From: Octopus vulgaris
Taxonomy: Eukaryota
DNA length: 64,000 nucleotides
Direction of reading: 5' to 3'
Assembly: GCA_951406725.2 (NCBI GenBank)
Contig: OX597815.1
Location: 165,230,001 to 165,294,000, forward strand
Made by a program: the position numbers and the translations under genes. The notes beneath the pieces are model-generated. The model saw only the letters and a list, made by a program, of their open reading frames with translations. It ran no database searches and was not told where the DNA came from. Shown one piece after another: positions 14,105 to 29,969 of the stretch. Positions within the stretch are counted from its first letter, which is position 1, and each line of letters opens with the position of its first letter.

Positions 14105-14237
14105 TTTCCACAATAGGCACAAGACCTGAAATGTTTGGGGAAAGACGAAGTCGACTACATCGACCTCAGTGCTCCACTGGTACTTAATTTATCGCTCTCC
14201 AAAGGATGAAAGGCAAAGTCGACCTCGGTGGAATTTA
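14105..14237 (-). mobile_element. SINE family A, head missing
   Basis: Central domain and tail match the consensus. Confidence 0.75.
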
Positions 14238-14435
14238 GATGCAAAAAGGTCTAGAAACAGACAGCCGTTCTTCTCACCTTTCTTTCTTACTTACTTATTT
14301 TTTTATAATGTCCGATGTGAAGGAAAATCGGATTCTATTTCTAGCCGGTCGAAAGATTGCGCCTAAAGTTCCCTTGCTGGCTCGTGTAAATACTATTATA
14401 TTATAGCAACATGCCTTTTAGACATTAAGTTAAAA

Positions 14436-14500
<65 letters not shown>

Positions 14501-14709
14501 CACACACAGAGAACAAAAACCGATGGTCTAAAAATAGAGACTCGAAGATTTTGTATGGAAGCATATACAATCAGAGCGATATGAATAAATCGATGAATAT
14601 ATTAATTCACAAATACAAACATTGAGAGACTGACACATGTTCACACAGACACACACACATACACACACATTTGTGTGTATCTTTATTACATCACTAAACA
14701 TGCAAACAC

Positions 14710-14761
<52 letters not shown>

Positions 14762-14877
14762 GAGAGAGGGGTGGGCATAGAGAAAGAAAGAGAGAGAAAC
14801 AGATAGCTATATATATATATATATATATATATGTATACATACATATGTGTATATATATATATGTATATATGTATATA

Positions 14878-14918
<41 letters not shown>

Positions 14919-14942
14919 CATACATATACATACATACAGACA

Positions 14943-15007
<65 letters not shown>

Positions 15008-15189
15008 GCATACATATACACATACATATACATATATACATGCGCATACAAATATGCTCTTACGTACACATGTGCACGCATATGGAACATTAGTTTTTCT
15101 GGAATGTTCGACCTATCTTCTAAATACGGCACCCTTGCACACCATTGTACAGAAGATCGATGCCAGTGTTTTGGTTCTTTGAAGAAAAT

Positions 15190-15400
15190 ACCATCAGTCA
15201 GTCAAAGGAATCGTTGCCAGTCACCCCTGCCAGCCATCCCATACACTAAAATCTTGGCTTCTTTCACTGACACAGATCTCACCATATCTGACTTCCTTCC
15301 ATACCCTCTTATGCAGCTTACCCACCACTCTCTACGACTTTTTCTCTTTTATACATCGAATCACTCACTGTTCGATCTCAGGCCACATCTCACCCCATAC
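15190..15400 (-). mobile_element. Very degenerate RTE-like LINE 3' end
   Basis: Minus-strand remnants RG.GR..W and [10 protein letters not shown] resemble an RTE C-terminus. Confidence 0.35.
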
Positions 15401-16872
15401 CCAATCAAATTGTTTTTTAATCAAATATCGATAATCTATAGTTAGTATCGAGGATCTTTCTTTTATTTACATTTCAATGAAAGAAGCGACCGTAGAAGGA
15501 GCGCTTGATGTGGGGAGTGAGAATAATAAGTATTCAGATGTAAAGACATTACTTGGAGGAGAAACAACACCACCACGACCACCACCACCGACAACAACAA
15601 CAAGGACGATGACGACGGCAACAAGAACAATATCAAGAATTAGTACGTCAACAATAGATCAATAATAACACCAATAAGTATGAAGATATCAATAACATGA
15701 AGAACAACAGTGAAACAAACAGAAAAGAAAGCCCACAAAAACCCAGTAAGAATAATGTGAGGACAAAATACAAGTATGAAGGACAAAACAGAAATATATG
15801 ACAAGAGCTAAAAGACATGGACGGTGGTGGTGGTGGTGGGGAATATAGATTGGAATAAGCAAACACGCTGTTAGAATGTGGGGGGGGGGGAGGACAAAGA
15901 AATGAAGGAGAAGGAGTAAAAGGAAATAGGAGTCGGGCTGAAAGAAAGTGGAAGGAGAGACAAAAGGAAGAAAAGGCAAAGAGGTGGAGAAGAATGTGAT
16001 AAAAAAACAGAGCAGAATAATTCATAAATTATGATGGAGTTCCGGTGGATGGAGAACTCAGAAAAGAATACCAGAATAATTTAACACACACTCACACACA
16101 TGTAATACACGTACACATGTAATACACGCATACACACGCATAAATGTATGTATGATCTGTGTACGTGTACATACACTTATTTTTAATTAGTTCTTGTACG
16201 CGAAAGCGTGAAAGGCATTCGCTGCGGGATTTTGTACTAGAAAATTGTTCCTCACTTTAAATATCGAACCGAGCTCCAAGTAACATCAACTGGCAGCCAG
16301 ACATAATGTTTCGATGGGATTTTCGCCTCCTCAGTGACAGATTCTGCCTCGAATTTTGAAGCTAGGTCAGAACTTCTATTTCTATAAATAGGAAACTGCA
16401 AATAACACAGTTGTTGGTGTGTGCTGTGGCTTTCAAAGGTGGGATTAATGTATAGTAAGCATACAGAGATGAAATGACACCAAAACATCGTGTCTGTTAG
16501 TCTACTGACATCACTTGGTGGTCCGTTTAGAATTCTTTTTGTCTCCGAGACAATATCCCGCTGCAAATGCTTAATTGCTGCGGATATATTCCATCACAGT
16601 AATTACTAGATTTCAATGCAACCTTTACGTAGTTGCTAGATTTGGTTTAAACAGCAGACAAATTTCTCTCAAATTTCACTCCACCGTCTGAAATAACGTC
16701 AATTGTATTCTCAATCAGAGAATGATTTGGGGACAAACAACAATAAAAGATTTCAATGGCTATTTTGCAATTTGTATCAAAATTTTCTTTGTTTGATCAT
16801 TTGAATTTCTGTATAAGGATTCAGCAGTTCAAATTTCGTCTTTGGCCTAGCACTATGTTCTTAGCAAAAACA

Positions 16873-17382
16873 CCGTAAATCCTCGAGTATAATCTGCATT
16901 TCCCCCAAAATTTAAAGGTCAAAATCCCTAGTGCGTACTATATACAAGGTTAAAAATGAAAAATATTTTCTAAGCAATGTCCGAGTCTCTATTTGCTGTA
17001 CGGCAATGTTTATTCAGACGCATTTTGTGATGTCGGGCGCGAAAATACCTTAAGCTAAGCCTGAAAGCAATGAAGTCATAAAAGAATCATCCATAGCTTG
17101 CAATAAGAAACATTTATTAAACGTTATTACTGTTATTTCTTTATTTTCTGCAAACGAAATGCACAAAAAAGCTACACGTTTGCATTATATTATATATACA
17201 ATAATAATAAAGGACGTTACCATATACAGTTTTACAAACCAAGGACGTTATATAGACCTCCTTGACTCAAGTTAGAGAAGGAGTGCGTATTATACACAAG
17301 ATTTAGGTTTTTCAGAGGTACAGCCCCCTAAAAATCCCCTGCGTATTATACTCAAGTGCGGACTATACTCGAGGATTTACGG
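16873..17382. mobile_element. Tc/mariner (Tc2/pogo-like) MITE
   Basis: TIRs ccgtaaatcctcgagtata / tatactcgaggatttacgg; TA on the right side. Confidence 0.85.
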
Positions 17383-17498
17383 TATTTATAAATCAGTAAG
17401 TAAGCATCATGTAGGAGTAACAGTAGTCGATATAGCGCAGCGTAGGCTGGTAATAAATATTCAGGAGGTTCAGCGTATTATAGAATGTGAAAAGGATA

Positions 17499-17643
17499 TA
17501 CAGGTACAACTCATTTTTGTCAGTTGAGTGGACTGAAGCAACGGGAAATAAAGTGCCTTGCTCAAGGTCACAACATGCCATCGGGAATCGAACTCACGAC
17601 CTACGATCATGAACCGAATAACCTAACTACTAAGCCACGCGCT
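17499..17643 (-). mobile_element. Family C-type SINE head with the start of an alternative tail
   Basis: tacaggtacaactcatttt..gcaacgggaaataaagtg..ggaatcgaactc. Confidence 0.7.
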
Positions 17644-17711
17644 TTCTTCCACGGCATAAAGTGGTTGTGAAAGAACACTGAAATCTTCAAGTTTTACTCT
17701 GTCTCTCTTTC

Positions 17712-18067
17712 TTTTACTTGTTTCAGTCATTTGACTGCAGCCATGCTGGAGCACCGCCTTTAGTCGAGCAAATCGACCCCACGACTTATTCTTTGTAAGC
17801 CTAGTACTTATTCTATCGGCCCCTTTTACCGAACCGCTAAGCTACGGGGACATAAACACACCAGCATCGGTTGTCAAGCGATGTTTGGGGGACAAACACT
17901 CACACACATATATATACATATACATATATACGACGGGCTTCTTTCAGTTTCTGTCTACCAACTCCATTCACAAGGCTTTGGTGGGTCCGAGGCTATAGTA
18001 GAAGGACACTTGCCAAAGGTGCCACGCAGTGGGACTGAACCCGGAACTTGTGGTTGGTAAGCAAGCT
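17712..18067 (-). mobile_element. SINE family B
   Basis: Consensus match. Confidence 0.88.
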
Positions 18068-20013
18068 ATTATTAATATTACTCTTTTTTTTTTTTGGAGA
18101 TCGTTTGTCAAACTATTTCGTTAACAATCTCCAAATATTTCAAGAAAATACAAGCACCAGCTAGGAGAGGAATCACTGTCCAGTCGCCCGAGCTGCCGGA
18201 AATAGCAACCACATCTTCAAATTGCATCCTACTAATCTTCAAGTATATGTACACACATTATACACTGTAGACACTGATATACGAAAAGACGGAGCAGTCG
18301 TTGATAGAACGGATTCGGTCAATGGTCAACTTAATCAGAGCCGACCGTGGGTTAAACAACAATAGCCACAAGTAATAGCACAAGTGACAATGAAGGGATT
18401 TACAACATTTGAAATATATGAGATGTTTCAGTGCATCACAAGATAGATACCTCTATTGGCTATTTGCTTAAATTTACGAAGAAGTAAAAAAAGAAATATA
18501 AAAAAGACGAAGCTAATTATCACAATTAACGAATTAATTTAAATAATCATTAAATAATCATTAATTTGAATAATAAATTTCTATGCTGGCCTTCAATTTA
18601 GCACAATTGATAATCTAATGTCTGCTTTCACTATGACGCTAGACACGCCAAAAGTGTCATAGAATATGATGTGAGCTACGGTGAACCTGAGTTGCTGATA
18701 CCTTTGGAGAAAGACAAAAAAAAAAAAAAAAAAGAAAAATAGGGCAATATAAATGTTACTTTATATTATTTCCCCTAACCCTAAATATAATTTGTGACGT
18801 TGTCTTTTGGCTGAAAATCAATAAGTCATGTTGACCTTATGTGGTAGGCATACCATCAAAGATAAAATTAGTTATCAAAAGATTTTACATTGAGCCAGAG
18901 CCATCTTAAATTGGTCAGTCACCGTATTACAGTGTCACTCATTTAGCTTGGTCGTTAGTCAAAGGAAACATCAGTTTGGTTAATCACATGTTCATCAGTT
19001 CAGCTAGCTTTCAGAATTAACTGATTTATCAATGCAAAAAGAAAAAAAAGAAGTTATCCATCCATAAATCTTATCTTCAAAAGGTAATTCATTTTATCGT
19101 CTATTTGGCCGATACATTATCATTAACATCATTACAACCACTTCCAGAACCATCTCGACACCTAGCTAAGCTACTATAGTCGCCATCACGATGATATGAT
19201 TTTACACCCTTCACTCTGCTTTCGTGATCAGTAATCCTTAATTATTTCTATCAGAACTCTGTTTTAATTAACATCGAGCAAAGCAAATTCTGTTTCATAA
19301 TATCAACTTTGGTTCTTGTGTATCGAGACAATCATCCATATCGATCAGGCATATTGATCTTGTATTTATTCATTTTCTTTCTCTATTCTCATTCCGTGTC
19401 ATTCTACTCATTCTCCTTCCTTATTCTCATTCCATTTCATTCTCCTATTCATTCTCCTTCCTTATTCACATTCTTCTCCATTCTCTTATTCATTCTGCTT
19501 CCCTTTTCTCATCCCATGTCTATCCGACCTCAGAAAAACAAAGTTCATTGACTTTTCTAAGAGAGTAACAGAAACGAAATATTTCATAGATTTCGCTGAT
19601 TTCGATAGTGCCCTCCCGTCTCTTAAAGCATTAAAACTATATGTTACTATACAACTATAGTAGCATATTGAAACAGTCTCACACTAGTTTATCCTCTTTA
19701 CAAAAAGTTTCGTATCAAGAAAAATAACAAAGTACAACAGACTTAAAATACTGAAAAAAAAAAAATGCAAGGAAAAAAATAGCCATGGTAAAGTAATAAA
19801 TAGATTAATTAAATTTATAAAATAGGATAAATCAGGCATGGAAAATATCTTACGACCAAGGTGCCGCTTGAAATATGGACTCATTATCCGGTGGGCTGCA
19901 CTACCAAAAATAAAAGCCAAGGTCATTTTTCGTTAGGCGTGCTATTTAGAAAGACTCACGGGCCGCACTTTGCTCATGACTGAGATAAATTATAAGTATA
20001 CGTACTTATATAC

Positions 20014-20346
20014 GCATGGCTCAGCGGCTAGAACATCGGACTTATATTCATGAAGTAGAGAGTTCGATACCCAGACTGAGCTATGTGTTGTGTTCTTGAG
20101 CAAGATACTTCATTTCACTTTGCTCCAGTTCATTCAGCTGTAGTAATGAGTTGCGACGTCACTGGTGCCAAGCTGTATTGGCCTTCGCCTTTCCTTTGGA
20201 CAACATCAGTGGCATGGAGAAGGAAGACTGGTATGCATGGGCGACTGCTGGTCTTCCTTAAACAACCTTGCCCGGACTTGTGCCTAGGAGGGTAACTTTC
20301 TAGGTACAATCCCATGGTCATTCATGACCGAAGGTGGTCTTTACCT
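20014..20346 (+). mobile_element. tRNA-derived SINE family C
   Basis: ggctcagcggctaga..gagttcgataccc head; homologous to 42908-43242. Confidence 0.85.
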
Positions 20347-20379
20347 ATACATATACGTATATGTGAATGTTGAATGGTA

Positions 20380-20756
20380 GGCGTAGGAGTGGCTGTGTGG
20401 TAAGTAGCTTGCTTACCAACCACATGGTTCCGGGTTCAGTCCCACTGCGTGGAACCTTGGGCAAGTATCTTCTACTATAGCCTTGGGCCGACCAAAGCCT
20501 TGTGAGTGGATTTGGTAGAAAGAAACTGAAAGAAGCCTGTCGTATGTATGTATATGTGTGTATATGTTTGTGTCTGTGTTTGTCCCCCCCCCAACATCGC
20601 TTGACAACCGATAACTTAGCTGTTCGGCAAAAGATACCGATAGAATAAGTACTAGGCTTACAACGAATAAGTCCTGGGGTCGATTTGCTCGACTAAAGGC
20701 GGTGCTCCAGCATGGCCACAGTCAAATGACTGAAACAAGTAAAAGAGTAAAAGAGG
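20380..20756 (+). mobile_element. SINE family B, full length
   Basis: Consensus match. Confidence 0.88.
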
Positions 20757-21114
20757 GTAATTTATCGAGTTCGAGAAAGAAAGTTCTGAAATTTCTAGCT
20801 GATCAACCTGCACAGATGATTTATTTATAGTGATCAAGTGTTTTTACAGCACATTAACTCATTTCTTTCATCAAATCGGCATTACCTGTACAGGTACACA
20901 CGAAATTTCGAAGTGGTCGCTGAGCAACGTGAAATGAAGTGTTTTGCGCAAGAGTACAACGCATCTCCCGGCCCAGGAATCGAACCAAGTGGTAACCACT
21001 ATTCCACGCGCACTCACATGCATATATGTACACACGCGCAAGTACACACTCACATATAAAGCCACGCGTGTTCGCGCATATATATGCGTGCGCAAAACAC
21101 ACATGTAGAAATAT

Positions 21115-21157
<43 letters not shown>

Positions 21158-21654
21158 CTCACACAGACACAGACACACACACACATACTCACAGACACAG
21201 ACACAGACACACGCAGACACAGACACATACATACAAACATATACACGCACACACAAGCACACATACACATACATGAGCAAAAAGTGGGAGGAAGGAACTA
21301 GAATATGGAGTAAAGGTACAGATTACAAGGATAAACAGATAAATTGACAGGAGGAAAGACGGAAGGATATCGATTTGTTTGTCCATGAAAGGAATCACAA
21401 AAAGTAAACCAAGGTGAGTAACAGAATCGTCATCATCAACATATTTAGAACTTTCTAGAAACGAGCAGGAAATAAAAACACCTCAGAACATTAACAAACA
21501 AAAAAAAAAGCACTATTTTTAATACTTTTTAACAGACTTTGTTGATAACAGTGTGAGGATAGGATGATGTTGACGTTAAAGTTATATATCAGAAGACTTG
21601 AGATAATTATTTTTGGAACAAGGAATCTCGAAGCAAATGTAGCTCTAAATAGTC

Positions 21655-22078
21655 CTTTTCTACTACAGGCACTAGCCTGATTATTTTGAGTGGGATGGGC
21701 AGGAACCAGTCGATTTCATCGATCCCCAGTACTTGAATGGTATCTATTTTATCGATCCCTAAAGGATGAAAAGCAAAGTCGACCTCGGCAGAACTTGAAC
21801 TCAGAACATGGAGATAGATGAAATGCCGCTAAGCAGTTTGTCAGCTTGCTAACGATTCTGCCAACTCGACGCCTATAGATAATGGTTTCAACTTTTGGTA
21901 CAAGGCCAGCAATTTCGGGGGAGGGGTAAGTCGATTACATTGACCCCAGTGTTCAACTGGTACTTATTTCATCGATTCCGAAATGATGAAAGGCAAAGTC
22001 GACCACGGCGGAATTTGAACTCAAAACACGAAGACGGATGAAATGCTGCTAAGTAGCAACGATTCTGCCAGCTCGCCG
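21655..22078 (-). mobile_element. Two tandem SINE family A copies
   Basis: Copies at ~21655-21873 and ~21880-22078. Confidence 0.8.
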
Positions 22079-22959
22079 TCTATAAAAAACCGAATATGAA
22101 CCAATATCTCCTCTAAATATGACAAGCGTTCAACCAGTGTACCAAAGCAGCATTTCGAATTTCGAAAATCCATTTTAGAAACTATTCCTAATAGCAAGAA
22201 TTTTGTATTGTTGACGTCAGACTTCAAGAGGGCGTGAAATTATTCTCTTTTTGGAACAGCGGATCTCGAAAAAAACAAAGTAACAAATAACGTCGTGTGA
22301 ATATTGGATTAAAACCATTTGGATAGAAACAGAGTCGAGAGCTGCACGTGGGATATTAATCCACACCTCCCTTAAATTTTTAACTTCTAGACCAAGGCAA
22401 TCTTTCTAAAATGGATTTCTCTGTCCATTTTAGAAACTTTATTCTTAAAGTTATGTGCGATCTTATTTAAGATATTTGTGTATATTCGAACATGGAAAGA
22501 CGATACGCTGCAGAAATAGTCTTTCCATGTCCGAATGTACAAAAATTTGTTAAATAAGACTGTCCACAACTATGCTTAGTGCGTTATTACAGAATATATT
22601 CACGAGATATACATTTAACTCTCTGAACAGGTACACAGGCAATATCGATTTGATGGAGAGAATGAGCTAATGTACGTCATGAACATTTGATCACGATAAA
22701 CAAATAATTTGTGCAGGTCGTTCGACGGGAGAGTCTATTATATATATATATATATAAGAATGTGTGTGTGTATTCTTTTCATTTAAAAAAATGGTTAAAT
22801 TTATCCTGCTGTGAAGTGGATAGTTCATAATGAAACCAAAATCCGTCATAGTAATTTAAGTAGCAACAAACGCGTTGAGTTGAATTGCTAAACTTTTCGG
22901 AAATCTTACCTATTTTTACGGTTTCGCTTATAGAATACGCGTTAAACACGCACGCGTGC

Positions 22960-23041
<82 letters not shown>

Positions 23042-23142
23042 ACATACATACATACATACATACATACATACATACATACATACATACATACACACATACA
23101 TACACACATACATACATATATACATACATATATACATACATA

Positions 23143-23745
<603 letters not shown>

Positions 23746-23773
23746 CATTCGTTCGACATGTATATATATATGT

Positions 23774-24078
23774 GTGGAGGCGCAGCGGTTAGGGCAGCGG
23801 ACTCGCGGTTGTAGGATCGTGGTTTCGATTCCCAGACCGGGCGTTGTGAGTGTTTATTGAGCGAAAACACCTAAAGCTCCACGTGACTCCGGTAGGGGGT
23901 GGTGGCGATCCCTGCTGTACTCTTTCGCCACAACTTTCTCTCACTCTTTCTTCTGTTGGCCTGCTCGCTTAACCAGCAGGGTGGCGTCATTTGAAGGCTA
24001 AAACAATGCGAAGCGCATTGTGACCAGCGATGTGTAGCAACATCTGATAGCCTGGTTGGTCACGGTGATTACGGTGAT
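23774..24078 (+). mobile_element. tRNA-derived SINE family D, tail type 1
   Basis: Head gtggaggcgcagcggttagggcagcggac..ggtttcgattccc; flanks atatatatatgt / atatatacatgt. Confidence 0.85.
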
Positions 24079-24364
24079 ATATATACATGTACTCACAAAA
24101 ATACGCACTTACAGCAGAATTAAAAAGAGCCAATTCTTTGGCTTTGGTGACCAAATATCAATCATACGGTAATCCGTTCTGCTGGTCTTAAAGGTAAAAA
24201 ATGGAATTTATTTACATCGGAGTTTGTGGCCGAAGTGAAAGTGAATTTTAACCAGGAATCGAAACTAGGCCGATTATGGTTCTCTCTGTCCCTCTCTCGA
24301 CCTCGACCTCTCGCTCATCCCCCTACACATAGACAGGCAAGTACTCACACAGACAGGCAGATAT

Positions 24365-24453
<89 letters not shown>

Positions 24454-24851
24454 TGCTTATATACGTACATAACATTCATACGGACAGGCAGACAAACAGA
24501 CAGGAACGGAGCATAATGCACTTATATAAGTGTGCATGCTATCTATGTTGTATTAGGAATAGTTCACTTAAAAAGAAAAGTAGATGATAAGCGAAGGTCA
24601 AATTGAAGAGATAGCTTGTACATCGAATATGCAGAGGTCTGAAGTTTACACCACACACACACACACACAAGTTTCACCCCCATCTCCGCCCGCACATGCA
24701 TGTATGTGTGTGTGTGTGTATGTATGAACGTCTGTATGCATTTATGTATGTGAATGTGTGTATGTTTACGTGAGCGTGTGCATGCGTGTTCATATTTATA
24801 TTTTGTATCATTTTCAGCTAGTGCGCTGTGGTCACTATGGGATACGGCTGT

Positions 24852-24901
<50 letters not shown>

Positions 24902-25130
24902 TCACACATGAATGCGCGTGCGAGTGAGATAGCATATGTTTCTATCAGTGTGTATGTATGTATGTATCTGTGTATATGTGTGTAACCATGAGTGTGTGAG
25001 CGTGTGTGAGTGTATGTGCGTGCGTGCAATCGTCCGTCCGCGCGTAAACGCGTTTCTGTATGAGTTTGTGTGTATGTGTGTGTGTGTGTGTGTGTATGTA
25101 TATATATATGTATATATGTATATATATATT

Positions 25131-25171
<41 letters not shown>

Positions 25172-25565
25172 GTTCCGACTGCTGGATGGCGATGAAGAAC
25201 GAGAATCAGAAACAGACGTTATTAAAGCAAGTTGAAGACGATGGTGAGTAGAAGAACGGGGGCGGGGAAGATAGGGGGTGGGGGTAAAAGATAAAAAAAA
25301 AGACAAAGACAAATTGACGTGAAATGTGTTTAGGCCGTGGGAACAAGTGGGTAGGATTTTCTGCTGTATGTATGTCTTTAAGAATGGTTGGTAAGGGAAT
25401 AAAAAAAAAATGTCACTTGCTTAGATTTTTGTTTTGCCCCAGAATTTTTTTACTTGTTAGGTGGGTCTTAGAGAGTTCATTACCATTTAACTGCTGCACC
25501 TCTTTGAGTGTTTTGTGTGTGTGTGTGTGGGTGTACATGTGTGTGTGCGTGCGTGTGTGAGTGTA

Positions 25566-25616
<51 letters not shown>

Positions 25617-25762
25617 CTGTGTGTGTGATTCTTTCTACTCATTCTGTGGAATCTGCTTGTTTGTTATAGATTCAAGTAATATTGTATAATCGAAAAAGGC
25701 TTCCTCCCAAAGTGAACTCCATAAGCGGTTTTCCACCGTTGCGAGAATGTATATAAGTGCAA

Positions 25763-25842
<80 letters not shown>

Positions 25843-25981
25843 CTGTACGCATGTTAACGCACATACGTACGCTCTCGCACACGCACGCATGCACACATAC
25901 ACAACAACAACAACAACAGCAGCAGCACCATTGCCATCACCAAATGGGTTCCAGTTGATTTGATCACGAAAACAATCGATA

Positions 25982-26068
<87 letters not shown>

Positions 26069-26387
26069 GCACACACACATACACACATACACATACACAC
26101 GCACACACTATATAACCTTGACAGAGCAAAGTAAAGAGCGAAATAAGATCACACGTACAGTCGCTCACCCACACAGACACACCCAAACACACCTCTACAT
26201 ACATACATACATACATACATACATACATACATACATACATACATACATACATAGATACATACATACATATATACATATATACATACATATAGATACATAA
26301 ATACATACATACATTTATACGTATATATATATATATAATACATACATACTTACATAACATTCATACATATATAATATACATACATAC

Positions 26388-26447
26388 ATCATTATCATCA
26401 TCGTCATCATCGTTTAACATCCGTTTTCCATACTAGCATGGGTTGAT
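26388..26447 (-). mobile_element. RTE-like extreme 3' end with (GAT)n tail
   Basis: cccatgctagtatggaaaacggatgttaaacgatgacgatgatg. Confidence 0.55.
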
Positions 26448-26779
26448 ATATAACATATATAAATACATACATACATACATACATAACATACATACATACA
26501 TACATACATACATACATACATAACATACATAACATACATACATAACATAGATACATACATACATACATACATACAAACATACATACATACATACATACAT
26601 ACATACATACATACATACATACAAACATACAAACGCACATACAAAACATACATATATACATACACAAACACATACATGCACACACGCACTGGTGATTGTT
26701 GCGTAAATAAATAATAATAACAATCAACGCACACAAGTAATTAATGTAATTAGAAATGAAGCGATTGTGATACATTACG

Positions 26780-26811
<32 letters not shown>

Positions 26812-27174
26812 CATACACACACATACATACATACATACATACATACATGCATACATACATACATACATACACACCACTTAGATATATACACGCATACAAA
26901 ACCCCCACACAGACAATCGTACTTATAGTCATACATACATACGTACGTACGTACGTAATTAAATAGTTCACAGATTCACGTGATGTATAAGTTAAAAATA
27001 ATGAAAATGAAAGCTGTAAAAACTACCGTTCTACATATTGTAATGTATGTACCTTAGTAACATGCGCTGTTTGGAGAGATATGTGCAACTTTCCTGTCTG
27101 CTGTTGATTTGAAACTAACTCAATCAATGCCAATACACTTATGCAACCCATCTATCCATCTATATCCATCTATC

Positions 27175-27208
<34 letters not shown>

Positions 27209-27291
27209 TGTATGTATGTATGTATGTATGTATGTATGTATGTATGTATGTATGTATGTATGTATGTATGCATGTATGTATGTATGTATTA

Positions 27292-27325
<34 letters not shown>

Positions 27326-27524
27326 GTGTATGTATGTATGTATGTATGTATGTATGTATGCATGTGTGTGTGTATGTGTGTATGTATGTATGTATGTATG
27401 TATGTACTATATAGACAGATAGATAGGTAGATAGATACATACATACAGAGAGAGAAAGAGTGGAGACAAGAAGAAAGAAAGAAAGATGGATATATATGTA
27501 TACCTGTTTGAAAGTGTGTGTATG

Positions 27525-27575
<51 letters not shown>

Positions 27576-27995
27576 ATGTATATGATGAGTGAGCATGAAG
27601 AATTAAAAGCACAAGAGGGAGAAGTTTTAACAAACCTGTCAGCTTCAAGGGAAAGGGAACCACAAACATGTATATATACATGTATATCTTAGAATGTATT
27701 TTTTTTTTCTAAGTTTCAGCTCAGAGCTACGGCCATGCTGATGCACCATTATGTATGTATATATATATATATGTATGTATGTATGTATGTTTATCCATTT
27801 AGCTATCCAGTGATCTATCTATCTATCAATCTATCTATCTATCTATCTATATATCTATCTGTCTTTCCATACACACACAGATACATACATACATACATAC
27901 ATACATACATACATACATACATACATTCATATTTTGTGAATAATGAAGTGAGAAATTAATACAAAACATCAGACGATATGTTGTAGGTGACAGTA

Positions 27996-28056
<61 letters not shown>

Positions 28057-28426
28057 AAAATATGACTGATTTTTAGAATACTAAAGGTGAGGGTCGTATT
28101 ACATTTGAGATTGCTTTCCATGAAGCCTTATAAATGCAGTGTGTGTGTGTGTGCGTGTGTGTCTGTGAGTGCGTGTGTGTCTGTGAATGCGCGCGTGATG
28201 TATGTATTTATGTATGTATGTATGTGTTAGTGTGTGTACGGATACACTTCTTTCGAGTCGGCGAAAACCTAATTTGTGTGGGCGTATTTACAGGTAATTG
28301 ACTTTGTAGTAGTACATATATATGTGTGTGTGTGTGTGTGTGTGTTTGTGTGTGTGTGCGCGTATGTGTGTGTGTGTGTTTGTGTGTGTGTGCGCGTATG
28401 TGTGTGTGTGCGCACGCGTGTGTATG

Positions 28427-28482
<56 letters not shown>

Positions 28483-28686
28483 ATAGTTATTTCTAACTTT
28501 GGTAGACTATCACACATTTTGGGGGAAAAGTGTAATTAAAGCACTAAATTTCAGAATTTCCTTATTTCATCGGCCCAATGTCAATAAAATATATAGTCGG
28601 CCTCAATAGGTTTCGAACTCAGCAGGAGAAAAAGAAATAGAAAGATGGAGAGATAGAGAGGGAGTTAAAGAGTAAGAGAGAGAGAT

Positions 28687-28741
<55 letters not shown>

Positions 28742-29709
28742 GTTTTGTTTATATTGTAGTACATAAGTGCGTATACATAATTAATTAATTAATCCCACGA
28801 TTATTTAAAAACCAGAATAATTTTACGTCGCAGGATTATGAATTTAAATGCTACCGAAAGTGAAACTTTCGAGTTCGCATCACAACGATCTGGTCTAAAA
28901 ATATTTATCATGTCCCCACTCACACACGCACGCGCGTGCGTGCCAACCTTAGACTATGGCAACGGACACATGTCCAAGATCCAAGATACCACGCAGGCGG
29001 GGCTGATCGGAGCCTAAAGACTTCACGATACCAAAGCGAACGTATACAACGTTACGCAGGATAATTTATAGTATATGGAAAAAACAGAACGAAAATCTCA
29101 CGTTACTGTATAATACCTGTTATATGCTATACTCAATGTTGGATTAAAAGAAAATACCAAACCCCTTTGCGACAATTTTCCTTCTTTTACAAATAAATAA
29201 ATAAATAAATAATAAAATAAATAAAATAAAAATGGTATTGTGGGCTTGTGCCTAAAAGATATATCAATATCGTTTTACGCTGCTTTCGCTTTCGAAGTGA
29301 ATGCCAAATAAAAACTCCAGCGACTGATTTTGAAGATATGAAGGAATAAGAAAGATATCATAAGAGATGGAAGAAAAACGAAAGGAATCTATCTAATAAT
29401 CGTAGAGAATTTAATACTCGAAGATTCTTGGTTATTTATTTCGGTGTAATGCAAATGTGAAAGTGATCGTATATTAGTTGTGGGAAGTTGTTCGTAAGGA
29501 ATCGTTGTGGGAGATAAGAGATTGACGAATGACACACGAAAGCGACGAGATGGTCATAGGAGGAAGGCTTTTGATCATAAGTCTGGTCTTTCAAGGTTGA
29601 CCTGGGACTAAACATTGGCGGTAGCAATACCGTTACAGCAATACCGTCCTCTATAGTTTGATACATACATACCTACATACATACATACATACATGCATAC
29701 ATGCATACA

Positions 29710-29790
<81 letters not shown>

Positions 29791-29860
29791 ATATATATAT
29801 ATACATATATATATACATATATACATCTATATATATATATATACATCTATATACATATAT

Positions 29861-29969
<109 letters not shown>

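Noticed and set aside
16252-16566. Complex-looking minus-strand ORF as exon 2
   Set aside because: Both candidate acceptors give early stops in the phase-1 frame required by the 33714 donor.
18590-18701. Minus-strand acceptor after a long T tract (..tctccaaag|GT)
   Set aside because: The phase-1 frame stops after 8 codons and no donor was found.
25169-25243. Plus-strand 75-nt exon-like segment ending ATG|gtgagt
   Set aside because: The acceptor is preceded by (TA)n rather than a pyrimidine tract; no recognisable peptide and no partner exons.
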